A DNA stretch of 56,447 nt, taken from NCBI GenBank assembly GCA_945878005.1, contig CAMCSJ010000001.1, forward strand, positions 1 through 56,447, given 5' to 3'. The translations under genes and the position numbers were made by a program. Below, piece after piece: positions 27,234 through 37,867 of the stretch. The notes under the pieces are model-generated. The model saw only the letters and a program-made list of their open reading frames with translations, ran no database searches and had not been told where the DNA came from. Source of the stretch: Rickettsia typhi (GTDB lineage: Bacteria; Pseudomonadota; Alphaproteobacteria; Rickettsiales; UBA1997). Numbering within the stretch: position 1 is the first letter of the stretch; each line of letters starts with the position of its first letter.

Positions 27234-27282
27234 TAACAAATCTAATTCAAAAAAAGTTTTATAAATTTCAATTAGTTAAAAT

Positions 27283-27585
27283 CTAAATTTTTAATTGATT
27301 ATTTTGAATTTGTTTTTGGAGTTTTTTGATTTTATGTTGATCATTAATTCGGTAAAAAAAATTCTTAATAAATTTTTGTGATAAAATTAAAAAAGTGGTT
27401 AGAACCCCTAAAGTAAAGCAACTGATCATTAAAGTAAAAATTCTCATTTCTGCGCTAAAATTAAAAAAAGTAAAATCAATATTAATGGTTTGACGATTAT
27501 TGACCATAAAAATCACTAGTAAAATTAATAAGGTTAGGGCAATAATATTGCGTAAAATTTTTAAAATATTTTTTATTAAAGTCAT
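27283..27585 (-). CDS. Small inner-membrane protein, LapA/DUF1049-like
   Basis: 100 aa with two TM helices (IIALTLLILLVIFMV and IFTLMISCFTLGVLTTFLIL), separated by a short loop and followed by a basic coiled C-terminus. This is the LapA/YciS architecture. The start lies 2 nt after the aroE stop. Confidence 0.45.
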   Translation of the reverse strand: MTLIKNILKILRNIIALTLLILLVIFMVNNRQTINIDFTFFNFSAEMRIFTLMISCFTLGVLTTFLILSQKFIKNFFYRINDQHKIKKLQKQIQNNQLKI

Positions 27586-27587
27586 AT

Positions 27588-28487
27588 TTATAAATTATTT
27601 AGAGTTAATATTTGTTCAAGATCTTCATTATCTTCAATTAAAACATCATACCACATGTTAAAACCTACTAATGCTTGTTTAATGAGCATGCCAATCCCTG
27701 TAATTATTGGATTACCACGATCTTTAGCATTTTTTAATAGTTCAGTAATTAATGGTTTATAAACAATGTCATAAACTATTGCAGAATTTTTAAGATTTTT
27801 TAAATCAAGTTTTAAAGGATCTTGATTAATCATCCCAAGCGATGAAGAGTTGATTAAAATATCGCAATTAGCAAGTTCGTTTTCAAAATTTTTATGTTCC
27901 AAGAAAAATAATTTACTATTTTGTTGTTTGGCAAATTCTAAAAAATCATTGATAAGATTATTAGCTCTAATTGAATTGCGATTAGTAATAAAAATATTTT
28001 TTACTTGATGTTTTAAGAGAGCGAATATTATGGCTCGACATGCTCCACCTGAGCCGATTACGAAGGCATTTTTATCCTTTAAAATAAAATCAGGATATTT
28101 GCAAAAAATATTATTTACAAATCCCGATGCATCGGAATTAAATCCGTGTAATTTGTTATTTTTATCAATTACCACCGTATTTACTGCTTTGATAATTTTT
28201 GCTTCATCACTTAAAAAATCGCATTTTTGAAAAATTTTTTCTTTAAAAGGAATAGTAACATTAAATCCTTTAAATCCTTGATTAACTAGGTCATTTATTG
28301 TTTTATCAAAATCATCGGGATTAATTTCTATCGCTTGATAACTTCCATTAATATTTAATTTTTTTAAATAAAAATTATGAATTTTTGGTGAAAGTGAATT
28401 ATTTACAGGATAACCAATTACCCCAGTTTTGATAATTTTAGTTAAGGAAATTTTAGCAGAAAAATCTGCAGGTAAATCTAATGTCAT
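27588..28487 (-). CDS. aroE: Shikimate 5-dehydrogenase
   Basis: Carries VIGYPVNNSLSPKIHN, GFNVTIPFK, NTVV...LHGFNSDASGF, VIGSGGACRAI, NSSSLGM, DIVYKP..T.LL and GIGMLIKQALVGFNMW, which are the AroE signature blocks. Confidence 0.85.
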   Translation of the reverse strand: MTLDLPADFSAKISLTKIIKTGVIGYPVNNSLSPKIHNFYLKKLNINGSYQAIEINPDDFDKTINDLVNQGFKGFNVTIPFKEKIFQKCDFLSDEAKIIKAVNTVVIDKNNKLHGFNSDASGFVNNIFCKYPDFILKDKNAFVIGSGGACRAIIFALLKHQVKNIFITNRNSIRANNLINDFLEFAKQQNSKLFFLEHKNFENELANCDILINSSSLGMINQDPLKLDLKNLKNSAIVYDIVYKPLITELLKNAKDRGNPIITGIGMLIKQALVGFNMWYDVLIEDNEDLEQILTLNNL

Positions 28488-30332
28488 TTAATTAAGACTT
28501 CCTCCTGAAGAGCTTTCAGAAGAGCTTGCTGAAGAATTAGTTTCATCCTTTTTAGCAGCATCTTTAGTATTTTTGGACATTGATGGCATATTTGGCATTT
28601 GTTTTGGAACAGGAATTTTTTTAGAAATTCTGCTCATAAAAAAACGATCTTTAAAATAAATAATTTTTTTACATTTAACGGGAGGTTGCGATTCAATTAA
28701 AATAATTTGATCTTCGCGAGGCAATTGAATTACTTCTTGAGGAAGTAATAAAGCTCTTTGCACATTTGAGACGTGAAGCGAACGAGCTCCGGGATTTAAA
28801 TCGAGATATTTTGGTTTATTGTAAGAAAGTTGAACTGCAGTTTTATTGCCAATTAATTGCGAAATTAAATTGGCAGTTTGCATATTATTCGCTGCAAAAG
28901 TGATACGATAAGTTGCGTTAGAAAGAAAAGAGTTCATGCCATTTTCTTCGTAAATTCCTTTGAGCTGTTCAGTATCTTGAATGATTAAAAATAACCTTAC
29001 GCGATATCCGCGAAAATAGGCGATACCTGCGAGAAATTGCTCCATTTTTCCTAAAGTAGGGAACTCATCCATCATCATTAGCACTCCATATTTCTCATGC
29101 TTTTGAGGCATTTTTGCGGTGAAAAATGCAGCAGCTTGTTGGTAAAACATATTCATCAAAGGTTTTAATCGCGAAATATTATCGGGAGTTAATCCAACAT
29201 AAACGGTATGCGGAGTTATTTTAAATTCATGTAAGTTAAAATCACTAGTTGCGGTAGTGGTATCAATCAAAGGATTTGCCCATAATTCTAGAGATGAGTT
29301 TGCAGTTGAGGTTACTGATCCGCGTTCCTTATCGGGTTTTTGGAGATAAGATGCGATGTTCATATAAGCGACAGGGTGAATAATATTTCCCATAGTATCT
29401 AAAATTACCGCAAGATTATAAACCACATCATCGCTTCTTAAAGTTCGAACTACCTCACCAAGAGTTGCAGGTTTATTTGGATCGGCAACTAGATAAAGCA
29501 TGATTCCCGTAAGCAAAGCTCTTGCTTCATTTGACCAAAATTCTTGTTTGGGTAATAAAAAATTACAAATTTTTTGGACATCATCAACCATTTGTCCGGG
29601 TTTTTTACTAATCCAATCCATAGGGTTATAACAATGGCTAATTCCATCGGGATCGGCTGGATTCCACAAAAAAACTTTTTGTTTTAATTGCGATCTTCTC
29701 CAGCCCGAACTTAATTCATAATTTTCAAGTTTGATATCATGAACAATTACTGAATCTCGCCAAAAAAGTAAATTAGGAATTACGAAACCTACACCTTTAC
29801 CCGATCCAGTTGGAGCAAATAACAAGATATGTTGATAGCCATCAGCAATTAACATTTTCTTTTGATAAGAACCAAGAAGTAATCCAGTTTTTGATCTTAA
29901 TCCCATTTTTTTAATTTCTTTAGGACTTGCCCAATGAGCATCACCATGAATCGATTCAGGTTTTACGAATGGACGCCAATCCATTAAAGGTGCACGAAAA
30001 ATCCAGCAAACTGTCATCAAAAATAAATAGGGAAGGGTAGAAGAAATCCATAATTTAGGAACGAATCCATTATAACTTTCTTTGGTAAGCTTATCAAAAT
30101 TAATGATGTAAAATTTCCAATAAGCAATAATGGTTTTGTATAAATAAATAATTTGCTTATCTATTGGTAATTTCATGTAAGCTTTAATCAACTCTAGATT
30201 ACCATTGATGCTAACAACTACCAATAATCCAGTAATATAAAAACATATAAAAAGAACTATCGATGACAATAAGCCAATTACAAAGAAATTTCGAAAATTT
30301 CTGACAAATGGATTCTCTACTTCATTGCTCAT
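28488..30332 (-). CDS. virD4: Type IV secretion coupling protein VirD4/TraG
   Basis: 614 aa. Two N-terminal TM helices, Walker A LLFAPTGSGKGVGFVIPNLL, a Walker B-like VLMMMDEFPTLG, GYRVRLFLIIQD, and a Ser-rich acidic C-terminal tail. Confidence 0.9.
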   Translation of the reverse strand: MSNEVENPFVRNFRNFFVIGLLSSIVLFICFYITGLLVVVSINGNLELIKAYMKLPIDKQIIYLYKTIIAYWKFYIINFDKLTKESYNGFVPKLWISSTLPYLFLMTVCWIFRAPLMDWRPFVKPESIHGDAHWASPKEIKKMGLRSKTGLLLGSYQKKMLIADGYQHILLFAPTGSGKGVGFVIPNLLFWRDSVIVHDIKLENYELSSGWRRSQLKQKVFLWNPADPDGISHCYNPMDWISKKPGQMVDDVQKICNFLLPKQEFWSNEARALLTGIMLYLVADPNKPATLGEVVRTLRSDDVVYNLAVILDTMGNIIHPVAYMNIASYLQKPDKERGSVTSTANSSLELWANPLIDTTTATSDFNLHEFKITPHTVYVGLTPDNISRLKPLMNMFYQQAAAFFTAKMPQKHEKYGVLMMMDEFPTLGKMEQFLAGIAYFRGYRVRLFLIIQDTEQLKGIYEENGMNSFLSNATYRITFAANNMQTANLISQLIGNKTAVQLSYNKPKYLDLNPGARSLHVSNVQRALLLPQEVIQLPREDQIILIESQPPVKCKKIIYFKDRFFMSRISKKIPVPKQMPNMPSMSKNTKDAAKKDETNSSASSSESSSGGSLN

Positions 30333-30488
30333 TTATTTTAATTGGTTTTTAATTAGTTGAGAAATAATTTATGAAATTTTTTTAAATCAAATTTAAAATT
30401 AAAAGATAACATAATATTTTTAAATCAACTAAATTAAAATTTCTAATGTTTTTTTTAATTGAAAGTAAAATTTTTATTTTAAAATTAT

Positions 30489-32243
30489 TTAAGAATTTAA
30501 TGAAGATTTTTTTAAATTTTTAGCTACTAAAATCGCTTCTTCACTAATGGTTTCACCCGAAAGCATTCTTGCAATTTCTTGTTCACTTTGTTCATTGCTG
30601 AGTTTTTCAATTAAGGTCGAAACTTTTTTATTATTATCGCTAGAAATAGTTTTTTTGCTAATTTTGAAATGAGTATTGGCTTTGGAAGAAATTTGGGCTT
30701 GATGAGTAACAACCAAGATTTGTAAATTTTTTGCTAAGGTTTTTAATCGATTTCCAACTGCATCAGCAGTGCTTCCGCTAATGCCTGTATCGATCTCATC
30801 GAAAATCATGGTTGGAGTTGATTTAACATTCATTAACGAAACTTTTAATGCTAACATGAATCTTGATAATTCTCCTCCCGAGGCAATTTTAGTGATGTCA
30901 TCAAAATTATTATTATTGGTTGATGCAACAAATTTTATACGGTCAAAACCGTTGATTGAGTAAGAAGAATTGGAAAGATCATCAGAAATATTATCGGTAA
31001 TATTATTAGCAATATTACCTTGGGAATTATTAATAAAATCGATACGAAATTTAGTATCATTCATTTTTAAAAAAGCTAATTCATCTTCAACTTTTTTGGC
31101 AAGAATTTTACTATTTTCTTGTCTTTTTTTAGAAAGTTCTTTGGCAATTTTTTGATAATGATTTAGAGCATTTTTTCTTTGCTGTTCTAGATCTTGAAAG
31201 ATTTGTTTTGAATTGGTGATTAATAATAATTTTGATTTTGCGTCATTAATAAATGTTGATAAATCATCGCTTTTAACATTAAATTTTCGAGCAAGATTAC
31301 GAATTAAAAATAATCTTTCTTCAATTTCTTCGCGATTATAATCTTGATTATTAATTAATTTTAAAAGGCTATTAATGCTAGATAGAGAGCTATCGGTGAA
31401 ATTAATTTGCTTTTCGAAATCATCGGTAAATTTTTCAAAAAAATCTCTTTGATCTTTTAAATAATTTTCAATGAGATTGTGATTTCTTAGTAAAATTTTT
31501 TGAGCAGAAATTTGAAAGTTGAATGATTCTGCGAGATTATTTTTTAGGTCATTTAAGAAATTAATAATTTTTTCTTGTTGATTAAATTGATCTTTTGCTT
31601 CGACGAGCTTTTGTTCTTCATTTTCTTCAACATTAGCGTTTTCTAGCTCTTCAATGATATGAGATAAATAATCTTGCTCTCGATTGGCTTGTTCTTTTTG
31701 ACGATTTATTTGTTCAATTTTTTCATCTATTTCTTTTAACTCTTGATAACTATGCTTAACTTTAGTTAATAACTCTGAATTATCTGAGAACTCATCAAGA
31801 ATTGTTAAATGTGATTTAGAGTTAAGTAAACTATGTTGATCATGTTGACCATGAATTTCGACAAGTGTTTCACCAATTTTAGCTAATAAATTAACTCCAA
31901 TTGGAATATCATTTACAAAAACTTTACTGCTAGAATTATCGCTTACAATTCTTCGAATGATAATTTCATCAGCATTATCGCTATTTACAAGATAATTTTC
32001 TTCAAGAATTTTTTGACAATTATCGTTATTTTTAATATAAAATTCTGCAATCACTTCAGCTTTACTGTTATTATTTCCAATTAATCTTTGACTTGAGCGA
32101 AGTCCAATGGTAAGCCCAAGTGCATCTAGCAAAATTGATTTTCCTGAACCTGTTTCACCAGTTAGCACTGATAATCCAGGACTAAAAGATATTTCAGCTT
32201 TGTCAATTATTACGATATTGTTGATTGTTAATTTTTTTAACAC
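30489..32243 (-). CDS. recN: DNA repair protein RecN (GTG start)
   Basis: Walker A LTGETGSGKSILLDAL, a long central coiled coil, then the signature ASGGELSRFMLALK and Walker B MIFDEIDTGISG. Confidence 0.9.
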   Translation of the reverse strand: MLKKLTINNIVIIDKAEISFSPGLSVLTGETGSGKSILLDALGLTIGLRSSQRLIGNNNSKAEVIAEFYIKNNDNCQKILEENYLVNSDNADEIIIRRIVSDNSSSKVFVNDIPIGVNLLAKIGETLVEIHGQHDQHSLLNSKSHLTILDEFSDNSELLTKVKHSYQELKEIDEKIEQINRQKEQANREQDYLSHIIEELENANVEENEEQKLVEAKDQFNQQEKIINFLNDLKNNLAESFNFQISAQKILLRNHNLIENYLKDQRDFFEKFTDDFEKQINFTDSSLSSINSLLKLINNQDYNREEIEERLFLIRNLARKFNVKSDDLSTFINDAKSKLLLITNSKQIFQDLEQQRKNALNHYQKIAKELSKKRQENSKILAKKVEDELAFLKMNDTKFRIDFINNSQGNIANNITDNISDDLSNSSYSINGFDRIKFVASTNNNNFDDITKIASGGELSRFMLALKVSLMNVKSTPTMIFDEIDTGISGSTADAVGNRLKTLAKNLQILVVTHQAQISSKANTHFKISKKTISSDNNKKVSTLIEKLSNEQSEQEIARMLSGETISEEAILVAKNLKKSSLNS

Positions 32244-32348
32244 GATAGTTGAAAGTAATATTTTTTATTTTATTTTGTTAAAATAAAACTTTAAGTTTAT
32301 TTATAAAATAAAACTTTAAATTTATGATGCAACCTTAGGAATTTTTTA

Positions 32349-32801
32349 ATGATTAATTTTAACGAAAATTATTTTAGCAATCTTGATAAACAACTCAAAA
32401 GTGATAGTTATTTTATTGCTAATCTTGAATTATCAACATTATTGCTGATGAATGATATCAACTATCCATGGCTAATTTTAGTTCCAAGAGTCAATCAAGT
32501 TTTTGATCTCATTGATCTTAATTTTGATGATCAACAAAAATTACTTTTTGAAATTAATATTTGTGGAGAATTTTTAAAAATTAATTTTGCAATTGATAAG
32601 CTTAACATTGCTAGTCTTGGAAATATTGTAAAACAATTGCATATTCACATTATTGGTAGAAATAAAAATGATATTACTTTTCCTTCCCCAGTTTGGGGAA
32701 ATGCTAATGCTGTTAAATATCAAGAAAATCAAGCATTGGAGCTAATTAAGAAAATTCAAAATTATTTGGCAACATCGAATTTTTCTAACTATGGAAAATA
32801 A
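32349..32801 (+). CDS. HIT (histidine triad) family protein
   Basis: 150 aa. Carries YPWLILVPR and the histidine triad QLHIHIIGR. Confidence 0.7.
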   Translation: MINFNENYFSNLDKQLKSDSYFIANLELSTLLLMNDINYPWLILVPRVNQVFDLIDLNFDDQQKLLFEINICGEFLKINFAIDKLNIASLGNIVKQLHIHIIGRNKNDITFPSPVWGNANAVKYQENQALELIKKIQNYLATSNFSNYGK

Positions 32802-33057
32802 TAAAAATTTAATTATTAAGAAAATTTTATATCGATCAAAATATCGTGGATGTAAGGAAACTGATTTTTTACTTGGCAATTTTTTTGAAAAAGAACAACA
32901 AAATATTGAGAATTTTGGTTTAGAATTATGTCAAGATTTTCTTAATGAGGATGATATGATGATTTATGATTGGATCCTTGATAAAGCTGAATTTCCAAGC
33001 AAATATCACCAATTAATTTTAAAAATAAGAAAATTTAGCGATATTAAAATTTCGTAA
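32791..33057 (+). CDS. sdhE: FAD assembly factor SdhE (SDHAF2/DUF339)
   Basis: 88 aa. RSKYRGCKETDFLLGNFF contains the RGxxE motif, and it is followed by DFLNEDDMMIYDWI (LL...D.DL..W pattern). It overlaps the HIT gene by 11 nt. Confidence 0.8.
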   Translation: MENNKNLIIKKILYRSKYRGCKETDFLLGNFFEKEQQNIENFGLELCQDFLNEDDMMIYDWILDKAEFPSKYHQLILKIRKFSDIKIS

Positions 33058-33064
33058 ATTAAAT

Positions 33065-33964
33065 TTATTCTACTACGATGCAATCTGCTCGAGTTTTTTG
33101 AATTTGAGTAATATATTTTTGACAAAAATTTTCAGCTTCAATTTGATTGAAAAATTCTCCAATTTGTAATCGATAAAAAATTCCTCTTTTACCTAAATCA
33201 ACTTTTTGAATAACATTTCTTAGGTTTACAAATAAATCTGGATTCATTCTTAATAATTTTTTCCATTGATCTTCAGCCATTTCACGAGAAGACATCGCAG
33301 CAATTTGTACTCTAATAATTTTTCTTCTTTGATCATTTTTAGGTAATTTTGAATTCATAGAATTATTGGCAATATTTTCGTTATTATAATCAAAATTATT
33401 GTTGGAAATATTGGAGTTAATATTATTATTTTCTAGTGAATTTATTGGATTAGTTGGATTGTTATTGATGGTTTCTCCAATAACAAATTTTTCAGTATTA
33501 AGATTTTTCTTAAGGATATTATTGGAATTAGATTCTAAGTTAATCGCATTATTTTCAGCTATTTGAGGTGGTAAATTCGCAGGAGTTTTTTCATTAAGCG
33601 GAGTTTTATCAGCAATTTCTCTTCTTGGAGGTAATGCAGATTCGGGAGTATTGATTACTTTGGTGTTATCGATTTTTGATCCTTCTTTTTTATTGCCAAA
33701 AATATCTTCATAAATGGTTCGATCAATTTTAACATTTTCATGATTTTTATTATTTTCATCTTCCATTGAAACTCTAATTGGCAAATGAGTTGCTTTAATT
33801 AATTCAACATTTTCATCATCTTGATAAACAAAATGATATGCAGTAATGGTAATATAAACAAAAAGCGATAACGAAATTAATGTTGCTAAGCCAAGAAAAA
33901 TTTTTTTATTAAAATTTGAACTTTTCTCGTCATCTCTGTCTTTTTGGTAGCCAAAATCTTCCAT
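33065..33964 (-). CDS. SPOR domain-containing membrane protein
   Basis: N-terminal TM (IFLGLATLISLSLFVYITITAY), an Asn-rich low-complexity linker, and a C-terminal SPOR fold pattern IRVQIAAMSSREMAEDQWKKL...GIFYRLQIGEFFNQIEAENFCQK. Confidence 0.75.
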   Translation of the reverse strand: MEDFGYQKDRDDEKSSNFNKKIFLGLATLISLSLFVYITITAYHFVYQDDENVELIKATHLPIRVSMEDENNKNHENVKIDRTIYEDIFGNKKEGSKIDNTKVINTPESALPPRREIADKTPLNEKTPANLPPQIAENNAINLESNSNNILKKNLNTEKFVIGETINNNPTNPINSLENNNINSNISNNNFDYNNENIANNSMNSKLPKNDQRRKIIRVQIAAMSSREMAEDQWKKLLRMNPDLFVNLRNVIQKVDLGKRGIFYRLQIGEFFNQIEAENFCQKYITQIQKTRADCIVVE

Positions 33965-33968
33965 AATT

Positions 33969-35819
33969 TTATTTCATTTCTTCGCTTGGTTTAATAGAAA
34001 AAATTTCTAATCCCGAAGCGATAACTTTTTTTAATGCAAATACTAAGCAAAGCCTTGCGTTAGTAATATCAATATTGTCTTTAATAATAAATTTTAAATG
34101 AGGATTTTCACTACCTTTATTCCATAAAGCATGAAAATCACTTGCTAATTCTTGTAAGTAAAAGGCAATTCGATGAGGTTCAAAATATTGAACAGACATT
34201 TCAATTACTCTTAAAAAATTAGCAATTTTTTTAATTAATTCAATCTCTCCTTCATCATCTAACTTATCTAAAAAGTCAATATTTTTTTTGCATAAATTTT
34301 TTAATTCAACAGGATCGCTAAAATTGATTTTAAAAATTTCTTGAGCATTTTTTAAAACCGAACAACATCTTGCATGAGCATATTGAACATAAAAAATTGG
34401 ATTATCTTTTGATTGCTCAACAACTTTACTTAGGTCAAAATCAAAAGGAGTATCATTTTTTCTACAAAGCATTAAAAACCGTAATGCATCGCTTCCAACT
34501 TCATCAATTACTTCTCGAGCAGTAATAAAATTTCCTGCTCTTTTTGACATTTTTAACGGCTTATTATCTTTTACAAATTTGACCATTTGACAGAGAATAA
34601 TTTTTAATTCTGCTTGGTTATTGGTCAATGTTTTAACAACTCCATCAAGTCTTTTAACATATCCTGCATGATCATAACCAAGAGGCATAATAAAAATCTT
34701 TGCACCTCTTTGAAATTTTGATAAAGCATAAGCAATATCTCCAGCTAGATAGGTAAATGTTGAATCAGCTTTAATAACTACTCGATCGATATCATCACCA
34801 AATTTAGTGGAACGAAATAATGTTTGATCAAGTTCATCATATTCTTCACTTGATTTTCCAACTCCCTTATCACTCATTGGAACGCTTAGCTTTCCAACAT
34901 AAATTAAATCTTGTTTTTTTAAGATCTCAATTGCTTCATGGATTTTATTTTTATCATGCAATTCTTTTTTTTCAGAAAAATAACTATCATGCTTAATTCC
35001 CAAGGCAAATAAATCAGCTTTAATCATTTCAATCATATCTTCAACAACCAAATTACGAATTAGTGGAAAATATTGATCTTCACTAAGATTTAATAATTTA
35101 TCGCTAAAGCTAACAAATAGTTTTTTTGCTATTGGAATTAGATATTCCCCTGGATATAACCCAAATTTCACAAAATAATTATCAGTTATTTCTAATCCAC
35201 AAACTTGTTGATATCTTGCAAATACTGAGCGAAGTAGGGTTAAAATTTGTTCACCTGCATCATTGATGTAATATTCTTTAAGAACATCAAATCCAACCAT
35301 TTTTAGTAAATTGGCTAATACATCACCATAAATTGATCCTCGAGTATGACCAACATGAATTGGTCCAGTTGGATTTGGAGAAGCATATTCCAAATTTATT
35401 TTTAGTGAATTGCCAAGATTAGGGAAGATAATTTTTTCAACGCAAACAATTTCAGCGATAATTTTATTTAAAATTTTAGGTGATAAGGAGATGTTGATAA
35501 ATCCTGCTTTGGCAATAGAAATTTGTTTGATAATTAAATAATTTTTTTGATTATCAATGATGATTTGATCTTGATTTTGAATAATTTTTGAAGCAATTTC
35601 ATTGGCAAGTAATTCAACATTATTTAAACTAGTATTGCTAAATTTTTTTATTAAAGTCATAGCAATATTGCAAGCAATATCGCCATTTTTTTTATCTTTA
35701 ATTGGCTCAACAGTAAAGTTTTTTAAATCTTGCGAAGTTAACTCTACATTATGTTGAGAGGCAATAACTTGAATCTCATTAATAAAACTTTGTTTTAGGG
35801 TAGAAAAAATATTTAACAT
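33969..35819 (-). CDS. argS: Arginine--tRNA ligase (ATG at 35819 preferred over GTG at 35828)
   Basis: HIGH-region SPNPTGPIHVGHTRG, the MSKRAGN (KMSK-type) motif, and a C-terminal anticodon-binding DALR-type domain ending in ...EEMK. Confidence 0.9.
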   Translation of the reverse strand: MLNIFSTLKQSFINEIQVIASQHNVELTSQDLKNFTVEPIKDKKNGDIACNIAMTLIKKFSNTSLNNVELLANEIASKIIQNQDQIIIDNQKNYLIIKQISIAKAGFINISLSPKILNKIIAEIVCVEKIIFPNLGNSLKINLEYASPNPTGPIHVGHTRGSIYGDVLANLLKMVGFDVLKEYYINDAGEQILTLLRSVFARYQQVCGLEITDNYFVKFGLYPGEYLIPIAKKLFVSFSDKLLNLSEDQYFPLIRNLVVEDMIEMIKADLFALGIKHDSYFSEKKELHDKNKIHEAIEILKKQDLIYVGKLSVPMSDKGVGKSSEEYDELDQTLFRSTKFGDDIDRVVIKADSTFTYLAGDIAYALSKFQRGAKIFIMPLGYDHAGYVKRLDGVVKTLTNNQAELKIILCQMVKFVKDNKPLKMSKRAGNFITAREVIDEVGSDALRFLMLCRKNDTPFDFDLSKVVEQSKDNPIFYVQYAHARCCSVLKNAQEIFKINFSDPVELKNLCKKNIDFLDKLDDEGEIELIKKIANFLRVIEMSVQYFEPHRIAFYLQELASDFHALWNKGSENPHLKFIIKDNIDITNARLCLVFALKKVIASGLEIFSIKPSEEMK

Positions 35820-35991
35820 AATTAACACTTGCGATTTAGCAAAATATTGGCAAATTTAAAATTGAATTTTAAAATAATTTTTGGAATTATTCTAAAAAAA
35901 TGTTTCTTTAAGAAAAGAATAAAATTAATAAATCTTAAATTAAAAAAAATATTTTTGACTTACAATATCTAATTTAAAATAAATTTAAAGA

Positions 35992-37752
35992 ATGGAAATT
36001 AATTATAATAGCAATGTCTATCTTGTCAAAAGAATTATCCGCGAATATATTATCGTTCACTGGAGAACATTTGTAATTTCTTTAGGCTTAATGGTTTTAA
36101 TCGCAGGAACAACTTCATTTCACGCATGGCTAATTAAACCAGCTCTCGATTCCGTATTTGTTAAAAAAAATACTAATGCCTTAATTTATATTCCTTTGTT
36201 AGTGCTTGGAGTTACCGTAATTAAAGGTTTTGCAACTTATTACCAATTGCTTACCATGAATTTATTGACGATGAGAATCACCTCGGAAATGAGACTTCGT
36301 CTCTATTCACATTTCATCAAATCTGATATCGCTAAGCTTCATTCCAAATCATCAGGAGATATGGTTGCAAGTATTATCAATGAAATTTCTTCGGTAGTTG
36401 GATTAATTACTACCGCAATGAATGGATTTGTTAAGCAACTTTTTACCCTTGTTGCTCTAATTGTGGTAATGTTTAATCAAAGTTTGGAATTATCCTTAGT
36501 TGCGTTTATCGGCTTTCCTCTTGCTGCTTATCCGATCTATCGCATTGGTAAAAGACTTAGAAATTTATCTTCTAAAAATCAAGAAATTGCCTCAAAATTT
36601 AATACTCAAATGAGCGATACTTTGCAATATTCAAAACTTGTTAAAGCTTATCATTGTGAAGATTTTGAAGTTCGTAGAATGGGATTAATAATTGAAAGTG
36701 CATTTCAAATGGCAAAGAAAATTTCACGAATTTCTTTAATCTCTTCACCTTTCGTAGAAAGTCTTGCAGGAGTTGGAGTTGCAGCAGTGATATGGTATGG
36801 AGGACATCAAGTCATTACGGGTCAAACTACTCCCGGAGCGTTTTTCTCATTTTTTGCAGCAATGATGATGGCTTATAAACCTCTTAAATCAGTTTCCAAT
36901 ATGAATACGGGAGTGCAGATGGGACTTGCTGCATCGTCTCGTCTTTACAAATTACTTGATGAAAAATCTCAAATTATTGATAAACCAAATGCTATTAATT
37001 TGGAAAACATCAAAGGAGATATTGAATTTTCCCAAGTTGATTTCAGTTATATCGAAGGTAAAAATGCATTAAGTTCAGTTAGTTTTAAAATTCCTGCAGG
37101 TCAAAGAATTGCATTAGTTGGACATTCGGGAGGAGGAAAATCAACGATTATGAATATGATTTTAAGATTTTACGATCCGCAAAATGGTGAGATTAAACTT
37201 GATGGTCATGATATTCGCAATCTTTCGGTTAAATCACTTAGAAGTTCAATGTCTGTAGTTAATCAAGAGGTAATGTTATTTGACGATACGGTTATGGAAA
37301 ATATCCGTTATGGTAAAGAAGATGCAACTGAAGAGCAAATTATTCGAGCTGCAAAACTTGCCGAAGCGGATGAATTTATTTGTGAATTGCCAGAAAAATA
37401 TCATTCTCAGGTTGGGCAAAATGGCATTCGACTTTCAGGTGGACAAAGACAAAGAATTGCAATCGCTCGAGCAATTTTATATGATGCACCAATTTTGCTA
37501 CTTGATGAAGCAACTTCCGCATTAGATCCAATTTCAGAAAAATTAATCAAAGATGCTTTAGCAAAATTGATGAAAAATCGGACATCCGTGGTAATTGCTC
37601 ATCGTTTATCAACGGTAATTCACTGCGATAAAATTATCGTGATTAGCAATGGAAGAGTAGTGGAAGAAGGTAAACATCAAGAGCTTCTTGATAAAAATGG
37701 CTTATATGCTAATTTATATTTAAAACAATTTGAAATTACTCAAGATAGTTAA
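35992..37752 (+). CDS. ABC exporter, fused permease/ATPase, MsbA-like (lipid A/lipid flippase type)
   Basis: Six-TM type I exporter domain followed by an NBD with Walker A GHSGGGKST, signature LSGGQRQR, Walker B ILLLDEATSALD and H-loop VIAHRLST. Confidence 0.85.
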   Translation: MEINYNSNVYLVKRIIREYIIVHWRTFVISLGLMVLIAGTTSFHAWLIKPALDSVFVKKNTNALIYIPLLVLGVTVIKGFATYYQLLTMNLLTMRITSEMRLRLYSHFIKSDIAKLHSKSSGDMVASIINEISSVVGLITTAMNGFVKQLFTLVALIVVMFNQSLELSLVAFIGFPLAAYPIYRIGKRLRNLSSKNQEIASKFNTQMSDTLQYSKLVKAYHCEDFEVRRMGLIIESAFQMAKKISRISLISSPFVESLAGVGVAAVIWYGGHQVITGQTTPGAFFSFFAAMMMAYKPLKSVSNMNTGVQMGLAASSRLYKLLDEKSQIIDKPNAINLENIKGDIEFSQVDFSYIEGKNALSSVSFKIPAGQRIALVGHSGGGKSTIMNMILRFYDPQNGEIKLDGHDIRNLSVKSLRSSMSVVNQEVMLFDDTVMENIRYGKEDATEEQIIRAAKLAEADEFICELPEKYHSQVGQNGIRLSGGQRQRIAIARAILYDAPILLLDEATSALDPISEKLIKDALAKLMKNRTSVVIAHRLSTVIHCDKIIVISNGRVVEEGKHQELLDKNGLYANLYLKQFEITQDS

Positions 37753-37867
37753 AATAACATAAGAATTAATTAGTTATTTTTAATTTGTTAAGTTATACTC
37801 AAAATAAATAATTTTAAAAAATCTGATTTGAAATTGCTAAAATTGATAAAAGTTGAAATTTTATAAT

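Noticed and set aside
24497-27240. Classical tRNA-integrated genomic island or prophage next to tRNA-Val(GAC).
   Set aside because: I could see no integrase, transposase or phage gene, and no direct repeat of the tRNA 3' end downstream. I kept only the weaker observation of a tRNA-adjacent orphan pair.
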